A stretch of 64,000 nt of DNA. Origin: Lytechinus pictus. Its lineage: Eukaryota. Position numbers and translations under genes: made by a program. The stretch is taken from positions 14,696,001 to 14,760,000 of the forward strand of contig NC_087252.1 of NCBI RefSeq assembly GCF_037042905.1, given 5' to 3'. This document shows, piece after piece, positions 1-12,400 of the stretch; positions within the stretch are counted from its first letter, which is position 1, and each line of letters starts with the position of its first letter. The notes below the pieces were generated by a model. It was given only the letters and a program-made list of their open reading frames with translations, did not search any database and had not been told where the DNA came from.

Positions 1-589
1 TTTCCCTTCTATGTAGTCTTATGTTTTTTCCCGTCACACCTAGCGGATTACAATATCAGTTACACCATATGTGTATTTATATATTTTTTCATATACATTT
101 CTTTTTTGGATATATTTATATACATTTCACTTATAGATACATATTTACACTTACCTTCTTCTCTTAGTTTGTTTAATGCTTTATCATATATACTTATATG
201 TCTTTTGCACATTATCAGTTGTTCCCCATTCTTTTTCTTTTTTCCCCCACTCTTATGCACCATTTTATTAAGCCTTTCTTTGTAACCTGTTTGACCCACC
301 TCTCACTAATTCTCTTGTTTTTCATCCCATTTTATCACTGTTTTGTTCCAGATCCTGTTTGATGTTGCCTGCCTCATTATTTTAATCCCTCTTGGCTTGA
401 GGTCTTTTACTGGCCTTACTCACACTAACTTCCCTTTGTGTCTGCCTACTCCTTTTCTTTCATCCCCTTCACTAACCTGATTGGTCTTCTCTACTCACTA
501 ATGCCCCTTTTGTCTCCTTGTTTCTAGTGTTGCTGTAGCTTGTTTGTGGTCTATATTATGGTTGTTCCACTTTATATGTTTGTCATTTT

Positions 590-628
590 GCCTCCGACGA
601 AGATTCTGCTAGGATCGAAAGCTTAGGC
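590..628 (+). ncRNA. Minimal type I hammerhead-ribozyme-like motif, probably from a Penelope-like element terminus
   Basis: GCCT-CCGACGA-A-GATTC(tgcta)GGATC-GAAAGCTT-AGGC. Helix I GCCT/AGGC, helix II GATTC/GGATC, GAAA box, palindromic AGCT helix III. The core is CCGACGA rather than CUGANGA. Confidence 0.55.
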
Positions 629-709
629 CCCTTTTTGACTTTCTAATTTACTCCATTGGCTCTCTTTTATTAGATAAGCAATTTTCAGCAGCTTCTTTTT
701 GCCAATTTA

Positions 710-2957
710 CAATGTACATAGATAATAAATAACTTTTAAAGAGCAAGTGTACATAAAAAATCATTAAAAATAATAAAATAGAACGAAAAAAAAAAGAAAT
801 ACAATATTAAAAAGTGATGAATATTAGACAATTAAAAATTCAAATATCAATTGGATTGAAATGGAGACTAAAAAAATTGCAAAAATTTGAGTTGATTTTA
901 AGGGTATGAAAGTAACAATTTATTTAGAATTTAGTAAATCAATGAAATATGGTATTGCACTTTTTCTAAAGCGAGCTGTTTTGCATTTTAACTGAGCAAA
1001 GTTTGGAACACTCCTTAATGAGATTGAGACATTTTTCCTTTTTGGTAGCCAGTTATTACAGTAAGGGTTTTTTAAAAGAGATTTAGCAAACTCCAAACAC
1101 AGTCTTTTTCGTCTTCTTTCAAGACATTCTAATCCACATTTTGTTAATGCATTTTCATAATCTATAAAATCCGAGCCAAGAATTATTTTGCAAACTCTTT
1201 TTTGTATTTTTTCTAAGTCCTTAACCTGTTTAGCAGTTAGTGCTCCATTGAAAACCGGTACACAATACTCCAAAATTGGACGAATATATCCAATGTAAAT
1301 TTGAACAAGGTCTGACATAGGGAGTTTATATTGTTTGACAAGTCTGAACATATACAATTTTCTGTTACACCTTTTTATAATATCTGAAATTTGTTTATCC
1401 CATTTTAAGTTTGACTGAATATAAACACCAAGTATTTTAACAATTTCTGAATATTGCAGAGAAGTGTCACCAATATGCAATAGATTAGGTAATGGTGGAT
1501 TTTTAGAGAAAGTAACTCTGATTACATTGCATTTATTCGGATTTAGTTTTATATGATTATTAGATGACCAGGTAACAAGTGCATTTAGATGACATTGTAA
1601 TACAGAAGGAGTTTCTACTGAACGATTCTCAACTATAGTAAGATCTTCAACATATTTAAAGTGCGGTAAAGAATCATTCTGACACGCATCATTAAACATG
1701 ATCAAAAATAATATCGGGCCTAATTTCGTTCCTTGCGGCACTCCAGCATGATTTGTAATATACGGAGACAACACGCCCTGATATTTAACAGATTGTGAAC
1801 GATTTTCTAAATAACTAACAATCCACTGAATTATGCAAGGTCTTACGTTAAATTCAATTAATTTTCGAATCAGAATATTATGGTCAAGTCTATCGAAGGC
1901 TTTGGAAAAGTCTGTGCAAACTATGGTGGATATTGATTTAGATTTTTCACAGTTGTCCAATACACAATGCAATAATTTTATCAAATAATGGGTAGTTGAC
2001 AGACCTTGTCTGTTTCCGTATTGATGAATGTCAATATATTTAGAAATATCTTCCAATAACCATTTTGTAATGAATGATTCTGCAATTTTAGCGAATTGAC
2101 ATGTAAGAGATATAGGTCGGAGTTCTTTAATATTCGGTGGTTGTGACTTGGGAATGGGAACAACCTGACTTCTCTTCCACTGCCAAGGTACTAACCCTTG
2201 TTGAAATGATGTATTAAGGATATTGGCTAGAGGATGGCTTAGTTCACATGCGAATTCACGAATTACACGAGGGGGTAAGTCATCTGTTACACCTGCTTTA
2301 CTGCATTTTATTTTCTTTAGCATAAAATACACCTGATAAGGTTGTACTTCTTGGCAAACACAAGGAGAAGGTAAGAAAGCTGGTAAGCAACTTCTATCCA
2401 ACGGCGCCAAATCTGATGCTATATTAATGAAATGCTTATTAATGGTATCAGCAGTCTTCTCTTGACGATCTTTATCATTAGGTTCAACACCAGGTACAGC
2501 AATAACGTTAGATGTGTTATTCTTTTTTGTAATAATCTTGATTTGTTTATACCAGTCTGCTGGATTTGTTGATTTAAGATGAGATACACGTGTGTTGTAA
2601 TAATGTTTCTTTGCACTTTTTATCATTCTATTTACTTTATTTCTGAGACTACGCCACAGAGGTTTGTTATTCTTCTCGAAAGCTTTTTCTCTTTCAATTA
2701 TGATTGCTTTTATCTGTGGTGTCATCCAAGGTTTGTCATTATCCTTTATCTTAATTTTCTTAGTTGGTAATAATTCATCCAGCTTTGATAGAGTAGTTAG
2801 AATAAGACGAGAATATTTTTCAGAAGGATCTTGTAGCTGTAACATATCATCCCAAGAATATTGAGTGATCCATTGACCATATAAACGCAAACCACTGTCT
2901 GGTAGAGGGCGGGCAAGTTTTATTTTCATTTTCTTTCTTGAGCGTGCCAAACTGTCA
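710..2957 (-). mobile_element. 5'-truncated non-LTR retrotransposon (CR1/L2 group, Rex1/Babar-like)
   Basis: Contains the RT ORF and no endonuclease domain. The 5' junction at ~2957 is defined because units B and C have different sequence before the shared TTACGAATAATGAC. The 3' end is approximate. Confidence 0.85.
920..2950 (-). CDS. LINE ORF2 fragment, reverse transcriptase domain (truncated, probably inactive)
   Basis: 676-aa open frame with LRPISLT, QYG..GLSTTHYL, DFSKAFD, GVPQGTKLGPILF and LGV..NLKW motifs. The catalytic motif reads YVED instead of YVDD. The start is a truncation point, not a real ATG. Confidence 0.9.
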   Translation of the reverse strand: MARSRKKMKIKLARPLPDSGLRLYGQWITQYSWDDMLQLQDPSEKYSRLILTTLSKLDELLPTKKIKIKDNDKPWMTPQIKAIIIEREKAFEKNNKPLWRSLRNKVNRMIKSAKKHYYNTRVSHLKSTNPADWYKQIKIITKKNNTSNVIAVPGVEPNDKDRQEKTADTINKHFINIASDLAPLDRSCLPAFLPSPCVCQEVQPYQVYFMLKKIKCSKAGVTDDLPPRVIREFACELSHPLANILNTSFQQGLVPWQWKRSQVVPIPKSQPPNIKELRPISLTCQFAKIAESFITKWLLEDISKYIDIHQYGNRQGLSTTHYLIKLLHCVLDNCEKSKSISTIVCTDFSKAFDRLDHNILIRKLIEFNVRPCIIQWIVSYLENRSQSVKYQGVLSPYITNHAGVPQGTKLGPILFLIMFNDACQNDSLPHFKYVEDLTIVENRSVETPSVLQCHLNALVTWSSNNHIKLNPNKCNVIRVTFSKNPPLPNLLHIGDTSLQYSEIVKILGVYIQSNLKWDKQISDIIKRCNRKLYMFRLVKQYKLPMSDLVQIYIGYIRPILEYCVPVFNGALTAKQVKDLEKIQKRVCKIILGSDFIDYENALTKCGLECLERRRKRLCLEFAKSLLKNPYCNNWLPKRKNVSISLRSVPNFAQLKCKTARFRKSAIPYFIDLLNSK

Positions 2958-4764
2958 TTACGAATAATGACCCCTGTTTCATTTAAATGCTGCTTTTTTT
3001 TTGGAGTGGTGCGTATATAAGCCGCAGACCACCATTCTTACGCTCAAATTAGTATTCAAATGCATAGCACATTTCTCTTCGCGAAAAAAAAATGATCATC
3101 GTTCAAAAAAAAAAATTCATCGCCTCTTCGTTCCAAAGAGCGTCGCCTTTTCTTCATGTAATTATGTGAACTCAGTTTGCACGCTACACGCTCGCACACA
3201 CGCATCGAAGGCTGTATTCGCTCCAAAGAGATGTACTATAATCATAGAGACATGATACAATCTATGATTCATGGAGGGGGGGGTACATCTTTATGATTCA
3301 CCCTTACCATGCCTACGCGCGCCAGAGCCGATCGAACAGCAGTGTACATCGTTACTTTACAGAAGCCATCGTTGTCACCAAATCAAAAAACAATTTGCAT
3401 AGTTCCGAAGACCGTCTTTTTTCATGATTAGTGCCCCCCGTTTATTATTTTTATTTATTTTTGCCCGCAACTGTAAACAATTCTGAATCAGTAGTTAACA
3501 CTTAATGTAAGTAGAATTTATAATATGTAAAATTATTTTTCGTTTCAATATACATTTAAGAAATTTCACGTATTGCTAGCTTGCTTCGATTGAGTTAATC
3601 TAACTCAATTGGGTAAAGATGATTATTACATATAAAATCATGTTGAATGTACTTATGTTTTTCAATTAACGCCTTATTTAGATAATGCATGAATAATCAT
3701 TAAAGCAAGTAAATTTTTTTTAATAACTGTCATATATATTTGTGTTTGAAATTGTTTTGGATAAGGGTGTGCTATTTTATTCTTTTGTTGAATCAAAGAA
3801 AGATCAACATTAAATAGTCATTTAGCAGACAATTTCAGATTTCTTTTTAGGTTTTCGGAAAATGCTTACATTATTCTTAATGTTTTATTTGTAAAAATGA
3901 AACGATCGCGTATAAATATCAATGTCAGTACCTATATATGTACAGGTAAGTGACAATGCACTATACTTTATTTTTTTATTTTTATTTTTTATTGAATTAA
4001 GTTATTGTAACTTAATTTTTTGAGTAAAATGGATGAAAAGAAAATAAGTAAATTTTACTTAAAACTGCCAAACTCATAAATACTTGAAAAAATTAAGGCA
4101 TTTTTTTGCCACAGTTTTATTGAGTAATTTCAACAATTTATTTGTTACATTGTACCTACCAAATCTGGGGGCAAGCCCCTCTCCCTCCCTCCGCTGGCTA
4201 CCCTTTCCAGGTATTATGACTAGCGACCCTTCGTTAAATTATGACTCGTAGTCATTATGACTAGCAGGTGGACTCCGAGGATAGGTGGGGTTATAAAGTC
4301 AATTCATTTTCTATCCGAAGCGCACAATCGAGGGAGTGAAGCGAACGAGGTCATTACCTCGTTTATTTTCTTCTGTCTGTCTACAATTATCTCTTCCTTT
4401 TCTTCCACTCAGCTTTTTATTTGCCCATCATTTCCTTTCTTCTCATGACATTCACTCAGAATTGATAATGATTCTATTTCTCCAGGACTCTTTTCTTAAG
4501 CAGGCCTTTGGGCACTGAAAGAACTACCCTGTTTTAAAATAAAACCGAATAAATAACTCTTTGTAATGACTGAAAGAAAAACTGAAGTTGCTGTGACCTA
4601 GAGATTTAATGCGCCTGACAAAACATGAAACATTCAAGATTGGAATCCTTGTCATGGCGCCTACATAGCGAGGCACTTATCTGCATTTCTCTGTAATCAT
4701 ACATTAACAAAAATGAAAATGTTTCATGCATAATATATCAAACGGTGCATGTATTTTATAATGA

Positions 4765-5050
4765 TAATAATATGCAACATTTATCATGTTCATAATGTTA
4801 ATATAATGTTTCTAAGCGCTGCGTACTATTACCCCTTGTTTTAGCAAAGCTACTATTAGCACTTCTACTATTAAAGGTTACTCGAGCATTCAAGGAATTT
4901 CTTCCTACCTGGTACCTATTCGCTATACCTGGGTGGAGAGTGGCAAATGTAGATAAACGCTTGCCAAAGGATGCGAGTACCGTGGTTAGATTCGAACCCC
5001 GGACCTTTTGGTTCAGAGTCCAGGGATTTATCCACTGATCCACAACACCC
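4765..5050 (-). mobile_element. tRNA-derived SINE (copies at ~31530-31800 and ~48140-48410)
   Basis: Minus strand: TGTGGATCAGTGG (A box), GGTTCGAATC (B box), CACTCTCCACCCAGGTATAGCGAATAGGTACC core and an AT-rich tail. Confidence 0.8.
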
Positions 5051-6928
5051 TTTTTGTGGGTTATTAATCGATGTATTGCATGATCGATTATAATCATATA
5101 ATTACCTGTCTTTTTTAAACAGTGTTGATTGATTTATATTGTAACGTGCACCGTGGCTTGCATGATTCAAAATGAATTAATTTAATGAATGATATTCCAA
5201 ACGAAATTTTTCTGTATTCAATTTCTTGAATCTTTAAAAGAAAAAAACTGAAGAGGATAAAAAGAGCACACTTTCTCAACAAATAATCGACCCTAGAAAA
5301 TACCTCATTATATTTTCATATTCAATAGTGCGCTAATAATTAGTGATGTAAATAAAGTATGAAATAAATTCATTTATAAAGGGGATAATTTTGTGTGAAT
5401 CTTTCAAACATTTATAGCATACCTCTTTATTTCACACGTATAAATATATATTTTTTAATTGAAAATATGAGTATGCTTAAGTTTGATATTTTTTTCTGTT
5501 CACTGAGATTAATTCCTCAATATCTTTCTACTTTTTAATTTATAAGCGAACAGTAACTTGAAATCTTTGAAATTTTCAGCAAACATTTCTTGGACAAATG
5601 TTAAATATTTCCGTGGCATTTGATGACCATGATATCTCACTGATTATTTAGGATATATATATCAAAAGCATGCTTGAATCATCCCTTACACCGCATTTGA
5701 GTGTCAGTCTTAAGAAAATAGAAGAGAAACGATTTATGAAAAAAGTGATAATTTTCGCAAACCATAAATACAAATATGGTGTACTCATGTTATGTTCTGT
5801 GATACAAATGCGCCCATACTTTTGAAAGAAAGTGAAAAGAAAATTGAACTTCAAAATGACGAGCTTTAATTTTAAGATTTCCAAAGATATTTTCCAAAAT
5901 AGCTCACTGAAAGAAATTGTTAAGACTTATCATTTAGTTTCATCGGATGATCGGAATGAAAAAAAATAGAGACCTTGGAAATTTAGGCAAGCATGCTTAT
6001 TGGAAAAAAAATGTTTGGATGAAATTCTGAGTATAAACCGTAAAAATAAATGAAATAAGGCTTACTTGCTTACGGATGTACCCTCTGCTAGCTGTCCAAG
6101 ACTTTGATGAAATGACAAGTAGGCCAAGTGAAAATGCAATTGAAATACAAAAGCCAAATTGGTGTTTGAAGTTAAACTCCTTTTTAATGGTTTAGCAACT
6201 GCTTATAAACGCTGTCACAAAACATGCTTACAAAAAAAAAAAAAAAGAAGAAGCGACTCAGCACCAAAATTGTTCGTGCATATCGCATGAACGTGTTGGA
6301 CTACCGGTACATCCATAACATTGTTGATCAACGTTGTTGATCAACAATGTTGAGCCCTGTGAAGGGTGTGTTTCATGCTATTTATGGATAACCGATGAGG
6401 TGATTTTTACCCCTTTACTTACATCTGACCCAATTTGTATATATACTAGTACTATAATCACATGCAACATGTGCTAGTTAATATTTTCGTGTCAAATTAA
6501 ATTGACAATATCTGTAAGCCGCTAATATTATGACAAATTTTGCTTTAATATCTAAAACACTTTGATCAAAGCAGATCATCAATCAAAACTTGAGTTGAAT
6601 TTCCAGTATATCCCGTTAACCATAACAATGTAATTTTAGGAGTTTGCTATTTAATTGCAGCTATTATATAATCGATCTATTAATCGATCTATGACACAAA
6701 ATCCAACCTCAGACAGGAAGGATTATAAAAATTTGGCAATTGGGAGGTATAGGGGGGGGGGGGGGTCTGTGGTTGATTGGTGTCTTAATTTCAGTCGGAT
6801 AAATATTCCAAATGTATTTATTACTCCTTGTCTAACCTCACCAGTGTCTGCATGAGACTACTTGTTCTCATTCATGATATATGAACGCACTGGTAAACAC
6901 ATACTGGAGCTCAGTAACATTGAGCTTA

Positions 6929-7105
6929 TTCCTCGGTCACATTTGCTCTACTAGACGGCGGCCGTACGGAGTCGAAAACCGCCGTTTTAACATTTTTTTT
7001 TGTACCAGCTACTTAAAGGTGGCTCGAATTTCATAACATTTTGTAAAATGACTGTTTTCGACTCGCCTTATATACGGCCGCCGTAGATCAAATGTGACCA
7101 AGGTA
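6929..7105. mobile_element. PIF/Harbinger-like MITE (also 33606-33783; 50312-53179 with nested insertion)
   Basis: TIR TWCCTYGGTCACATTTG..CTAC..GGCGGCCGTA with TTA target-site duplication. Confidence 0.85.
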
Positions 7106-7552
7106 TTAGCGATTGATTTTAGAGCTGGTTTTCTGCAATAATTTGCATTGTTTATCGTGTATGATCAATCGTATCATAATGCTCACTATCAAATGCAAAT
7201 CCTTTATGTGGCCGGCCGGACCGTGGTTTACATTCCTTTGCTTTTATTTCTATCTTTTCATAGTTTATACATTGACTTTGCGGGTAGTGCAATTACATTT
7301 CTAGATGAGATAAGGGTAGGAAAATATCCGAGGGCTTTAAAAATGGTTTAAATATTCATTTGTTTGAAAAATGAAAAAAAACAATATCGGTTTAGCAGTC
7401 TATATTGTCTGGTTAATAGGCCAGTTGAGACTAAACAGTTTGACATGGACTGATATTTGACAATCCTATACGGCCGCCGTGCGGTGAGTAAAAAAATAGC
7501 CGGTTCATCTAATTTTATTCAAACCACCAATAATGTAGCTGGTACAAAAAGT

Positions 7553-8085
7553 GCCCGGGGGGCCACTTACATTGACGAGTAAGCACGACCAAAAACACAC
7601 GTTAAAAGGATGTCTTTTTTCACGATAGGGCACGTTACTTACGTACCGTGATAAGGGTGTCAAAAACACATAAATAATGAAAAAGGGGTATCTATTTCGC
7701 TACGTGTTTAGGGTCGAATTTGCGGAGATGATAAAACAAAGGATGTCATTTTTGCCCCAACACTTCGTGTTTAGAGTCCGATTTGCGCGAGGTGTATATA
7801 GAAGGTGGGGTCGTACTAAACCAAGTAAGGTAAAGCCGACGAGGCGACGACTGAAGGACCCGTAACAATAAAACATTCCTGTTCTTGTTTAGGGGTTCAT
7901 TTCAGGGAATATTTGCCAAGAGTATCGTTTTGTTTCCAATACTTGTTAAGGGTAGGGTTTCACACGCCAATACTTGTTAAGGGGTGTATTTTCAGAATAT
8001 GGAAATTACGTGTTTAGGGTGCTTTTCGAGACCCCATGGTCGCGCATGGTATCCACTCGAGAATGGAATTGCCCCCCCCCCCGGG
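7553..8085. mobile_element. Non-autonomous DNA transposon with CCCGGGGGG termini (also ~34231-34772)
   Basis: Inverted ends CCCGGGGGGCCACTT / AATTGCCCCCCCCCCGGG. AAAAAGTG is duplicated on both sides. Empty site in unit C at ~53626. It sits within a decayed Harbinger-like MITE (~7465-8153). Confidence 0.85.
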
Positions 8086-9532
8086 AAAAAAGTGTTTAAA
8101 CTGCTGTTTTCGACTTGCCTTATGGCGACCGTAGGGTAAATGTGACTGAGCCTTAAGTGATATCAAAAGCATGCTTGAATCATCCCTTACACCGTAGAGT
8201 GAGTGATAGTCTTACAAAATACAAAAGAAACAATTTATGAAAGAAAGTGATAATTATCGCAATTATTTCGTAATTGATTACCATAAATACAAATATACTG
8301 TACCCTTGGCATGTTGTAGAATACCAAGGCGCTCTTAAAATAATAATTACATCAAAATTGAACTTAGGAACCTTTTACTTGCTTGATTTTCAAAGAAATT
8401 TTTCTAAAATATTTCAAAAAACAAGATCACGGAAAGAACTTTTGAGATTTTTTTTCTTCTTCTTCGAATTATAAAATAGAGACCCTGCATATTCAGGCTA
8501 CGCATGCTTATTGTTAAAAATTTGCTGCGGTGAAATAATAGCTGACAACTGAGGGAAAAACATGAATCCGTTCTTGTCCAAGACCTTTATAAAATGAGAG
8601 AGGTTATATTACGAAGACACGACTGAACAGCACCTATAATGTGCGGGATAATGTGTTGTTAAAAATCATCCAACCACGCACCCTAGTGTCCGTGAACAAA
8701 CACCATTGCCATGATGGTAATGGTTCAATGAAACAACAATATACATGTATGTTAACTTTACGAGTCACAGACACACCCTCTTTAGGCCGTGTTTATGCTT
8801 CCACTTTTCAGGCCAGAATCAGCGTTTCCCGGTGATTAGTCCAAAACACGGTTGCGTCCATGCTTACTTTCATTTAAACGACGTTTCAAAACGCCGATAG
8901 TAAACTAAAAAAAAAGATGCGTTTGTAAACGTCGTTTGACCATGAGAATCAGGTTCTATGAAACAACCACATTTATATTAACTTTACGAGTCACGCTACA
9001 GACAAATTATATGCAACCTGTACTAGTTAATATTTTTATGTCAAAATGATTTTAAAATTTATGGAATCGATATTGCTTTTACAAATTTTGCTTGAATAAC
9101 TAAAATAATTTGAATTATTTGAATAAAATTTGAATAAAATAGGATTATTAATCCAAAATTGATTTGAATTACATGTTCCAATATATCCCGTTTACCATAA
9201 CAATGTACTGAAGTTCCAGAAGCTTGCTATTTAATTGCAGCTTATTTTGTAATCGATCTATGAAATAAAATCCAACACCAGACTGGAAGAATTATAAAGA
9301 TCGGGAGGGGTGGGGCTCTAGGGAGGATGGATGCCTCATCTTAAGCGAGATAAATATAAAAAAATAAATTGATTAATATTTGTCTTCTAAGCTCAATATA
9401 GGGTCTATAAGTGAGATACTGGTCACGTGATATTGTTCACGTTCATGAACAATTATGAACGCTCCCTTTCACGGTGGATCCCCTTTTGTTTACATTGCTT
9501 ATTCATTTTGTGTATGATCACTAATCGTGCTA

Positions 9533-9699
9533 CAGGGCCCTTGAAACGATTTTTATTTCTAGAGGTGCTGATGTAAATTTAAAAAAAGTACGTCATTTAT
9601 TGGGTACATCGTTCAATTTGTCCAAATCCATGACATCTATCAGCATTCCAGGGGATATGCTGCCACCCCCAGCACCCTGGCTAGCTGCTCAGGGCCATG
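9533..9699. mobile_element. Decayed hAT-like MITE
   Basis: CAGGGCCC...GGGCCATG ends with internal inverted GGTGCTG / CAGCACC. Copy at ~54908-55070. Confidence 0.4.
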
Positions 9700-10039
9700 T
9701 GGTTATAGAAAAATAGTGAACCCACTACAAATTTCCCACTCCTTCATGCCGAGTGTTGAATGTAAAAAACAACACTACAATGTTCGGTGAAACCAGAGAA
9801 AAAACTTAATTTAATGTAATGGAATATTTTATCCCCTGACTTCACAATTGAATATATATAAAATGGCAGAACTTGAACACTTATAAATATGTTGATTTTT
9901 TGGTGAGGTTCACTAACTTTTAGCACCACTGTAAGCCCCACAATAAATAGCAAAGCCCTATGTTGCCGACCCAAGGTCTTCTCTTTTTTTCAATCTTATC
10001 CCAATTTATACACCTCATTAAAGGGATACTCCGACCTCA

Positions 10040-10642
10040 TTAAAGGGATACTCCGGGCTGATGATATTTATATGTAAATGAATAGAGTAAAATTCATTTA
10101 AGCAAAATGCTAAAAAATTCACCAAAATCGGACAACGAATAACGAAGTTACTGAATTTTAAAGTTTAGCAATATTTTGTGAACACAGTTATATATGCACG
10201 TCATGAATATTCATTAGGTGGATTGATGATGTCGCATCCCCATTTTCCATTTTATTATGTTATTGCATAAAACTATGATTGTTTCATTTTTTCATAAATG
10301 TGTAAATGATGTGTCGCCATTATGATAAAATAAGTTGCAGCAATAAATTACTAATGCACTGAATCAATTGTCAATTGTTTTATTTCTTGGTAGATTTTTT
10401 TGAGTAAACATAATTTCATATTGTAAAATAGAAAAGAACAAGTGACGATGTGACATCATCATCCCATATAATGAATATTTATGAAGACATGCCTCGAACT
10501 GTTTCACCGTCATAATGAAAATGTTTAAAATTCGTTATTTGTTATATCCGTTTTTGATAAAATTTTCAGCATTTTGCTCTGTGAATTTTACTATATTATT
10601 TTATTGGGATATAAATATCTCCAGCCTAGAGTATCTGTTTTA
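10040..10642. mobile_element. Kolobok-like (TTAA-target) MITE (also ~55378-55978)
   Basis: TTAA-AGGGATACTCC...GGAGTATCTCT-TTAA in the unit C copy. Unit A has a 22-bp tandem duplication of the left junction (~10012-10055). Confidence 0.75.
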
Positions 10643-11312
10643 TATATGTATTGAAGTTATGAGCAGTGCGATGATATTTCTAGATGACAAGGTAAAAAAC
10701 AACAACAATAATGAAAGGAACCGGGGGCTTTAAAAATGGGAAAAGGGATTAATTTTCCTATATATTTCAATATATTCTTTTAAATGACAGAAAAGAAATA
10801 TGATAAAAGTTGTCGATTTTACGGTCTATTTTCCGGTAAACAGAGAAGTTGACATGGGCTGGCATTTGACAATTATACTTTAAAGATTAAATGCTTGCAC
10901 AAATTAAAACGGAACTTCAAATATTAGTGACAACTTACCTTCTTATGCTTCTATATGGTGAATGGAATTTACATCTTGGTCGAATTTTCGTCAGAGTATT
11001 TTACTTTTTTCTCGCCAGATATTTTCAACGTCATGGATTTAGAGTTTGGTGTCATGGATGGTAGAAAATGATCATCTTATTTATATGTATTTTTTCATTT
11101 TCACACTTCTTAAAATGGTTTCAGAAATAGAATGCATCGTTGAATCGTTTCAAGAGAACTTATTTACTTATTAATCAAGATCATACATGTTTGCACTATT
11201 TGCATGAAACCATCGTTGAACCTTCAGAAACATTTTTTTTCCGTTTTTTTTTTTTTTTTTTTTTGGGGGGGGGGGTTAACAGACTAGACGAGTTATTCAG
11301 ACTATTTATATA

Positions 11313-12130
11313 CAGTGCGTCCCAGAATAAACGAAACCGAGATTTAGCGATGATTTATCATAACTTAATCACAAATAAAATAGACAAATGACCTACCAAT
11401 GTAAAGCTTAGAATCTCCTCTTTCATCTGATATTACTTAGATTATTCCTCATTCACGCATAAGTGAGCAAAAACAATTTGATGGAAGGATACCAAAAACT
11501 CATTTGGCGGGGGGTATCTGAATTTCAAAAAGAAAATCACATGTCCCAAAAGCTCAATATCTGCTCTTTAATTTGATACCTCAATTACAGAAAATGATCA
11601 AGAAATAACAAAGTTCTGGTTATTTGAAATAAGGCTTGAATTTCTATAATTTCATTAAATAAACTGTTCTTACCGGTTTCCCACAGAAGCTATCACATGG
11701 TTAACAAAAGACTTATGCATGGCCGATCGTCAACAAAACGGAGTGTCGAGTGAGTTTGAACGCTAGCCTGTAAAACCTCCTCATTTTATGAAATTATTGA
11801 AATTCAAGCCTTATTTTAAATAACCATAACTTTGTTATTTCTTGATCATTTTCTCTAATTGAGGTATCAAATTAAAGAGCAGATATTGAACTTTTTAAAA
11901 ATGTGGTTTTCCTTTTGAAAGCCAGATACAACCCGCCAAATGACTTTTTGGTATCCCCTCTTCAAATTGTTTTTGCTCACTCATGCGTGAAGGAGAAATA
12001 ATCTAAGTAATATCAGATGAAAGAGGAGATTCTAAGCTTTACATTGATAGGTCATTTGTCTATTTTATTTGTGATTAAGTTATGATAAATCATCGCTAAA
12101 TCTCGGTTTCGTTTATTCTGGGACGCGCTG
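11313..12130. mobile_element. Tc1/mariner-like foldback MITE
   Basis: TA-CAGTGCGTCCCAGAATAAACG...CGTTTATTCTGGGACGCGCTG-TA, with inverted arms extending ~340 bp. Empty site in unit C at ~56630. Confidence 0.92.
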
Positions 12131-12139
12131 TATATTTAA

Positions 12140-12400
12140 GAGTTGTGTCCTATAGTGGACTAGTCTTCGGACTTTGACAAAGAAGGTCATGGGTTCGAAT
12201 TCCAGCCATGGTGTAATTTCCTACAGCAAGAAATTGATCCATAATGTGCTGCACTCAACCCAGGTGAGGTATATGGTTACTATTACTAAGATTGTTATTA
12301 TTATTATTATTTTTGTTGTTGTTATTACCATTATTGTTATTATTATTGTTCTTGTTGTTGTTGCTATTATTATCAATATCATTATTCTAATTTTTCTTAA
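12140..12400 (+). mobile_element. tRNA-derived SINE with (ATT/GTT)n tail (copy at ~56642-57015 has a longer tail)
   Basis: A box-like TGTCCTATAGTGG, B box GGTTCGAATTCC, TGCACTCAACCCAGGTGAGG core. Confidence 0.8.

Noticed and set aside
3005..3060. TATA-box promoter (GCGTATATAAGCCGC), repeated in each unit
   Set aside because: No downstream exon or ORF could be linked to it. The surrounding sequence looks like decayed transposon.
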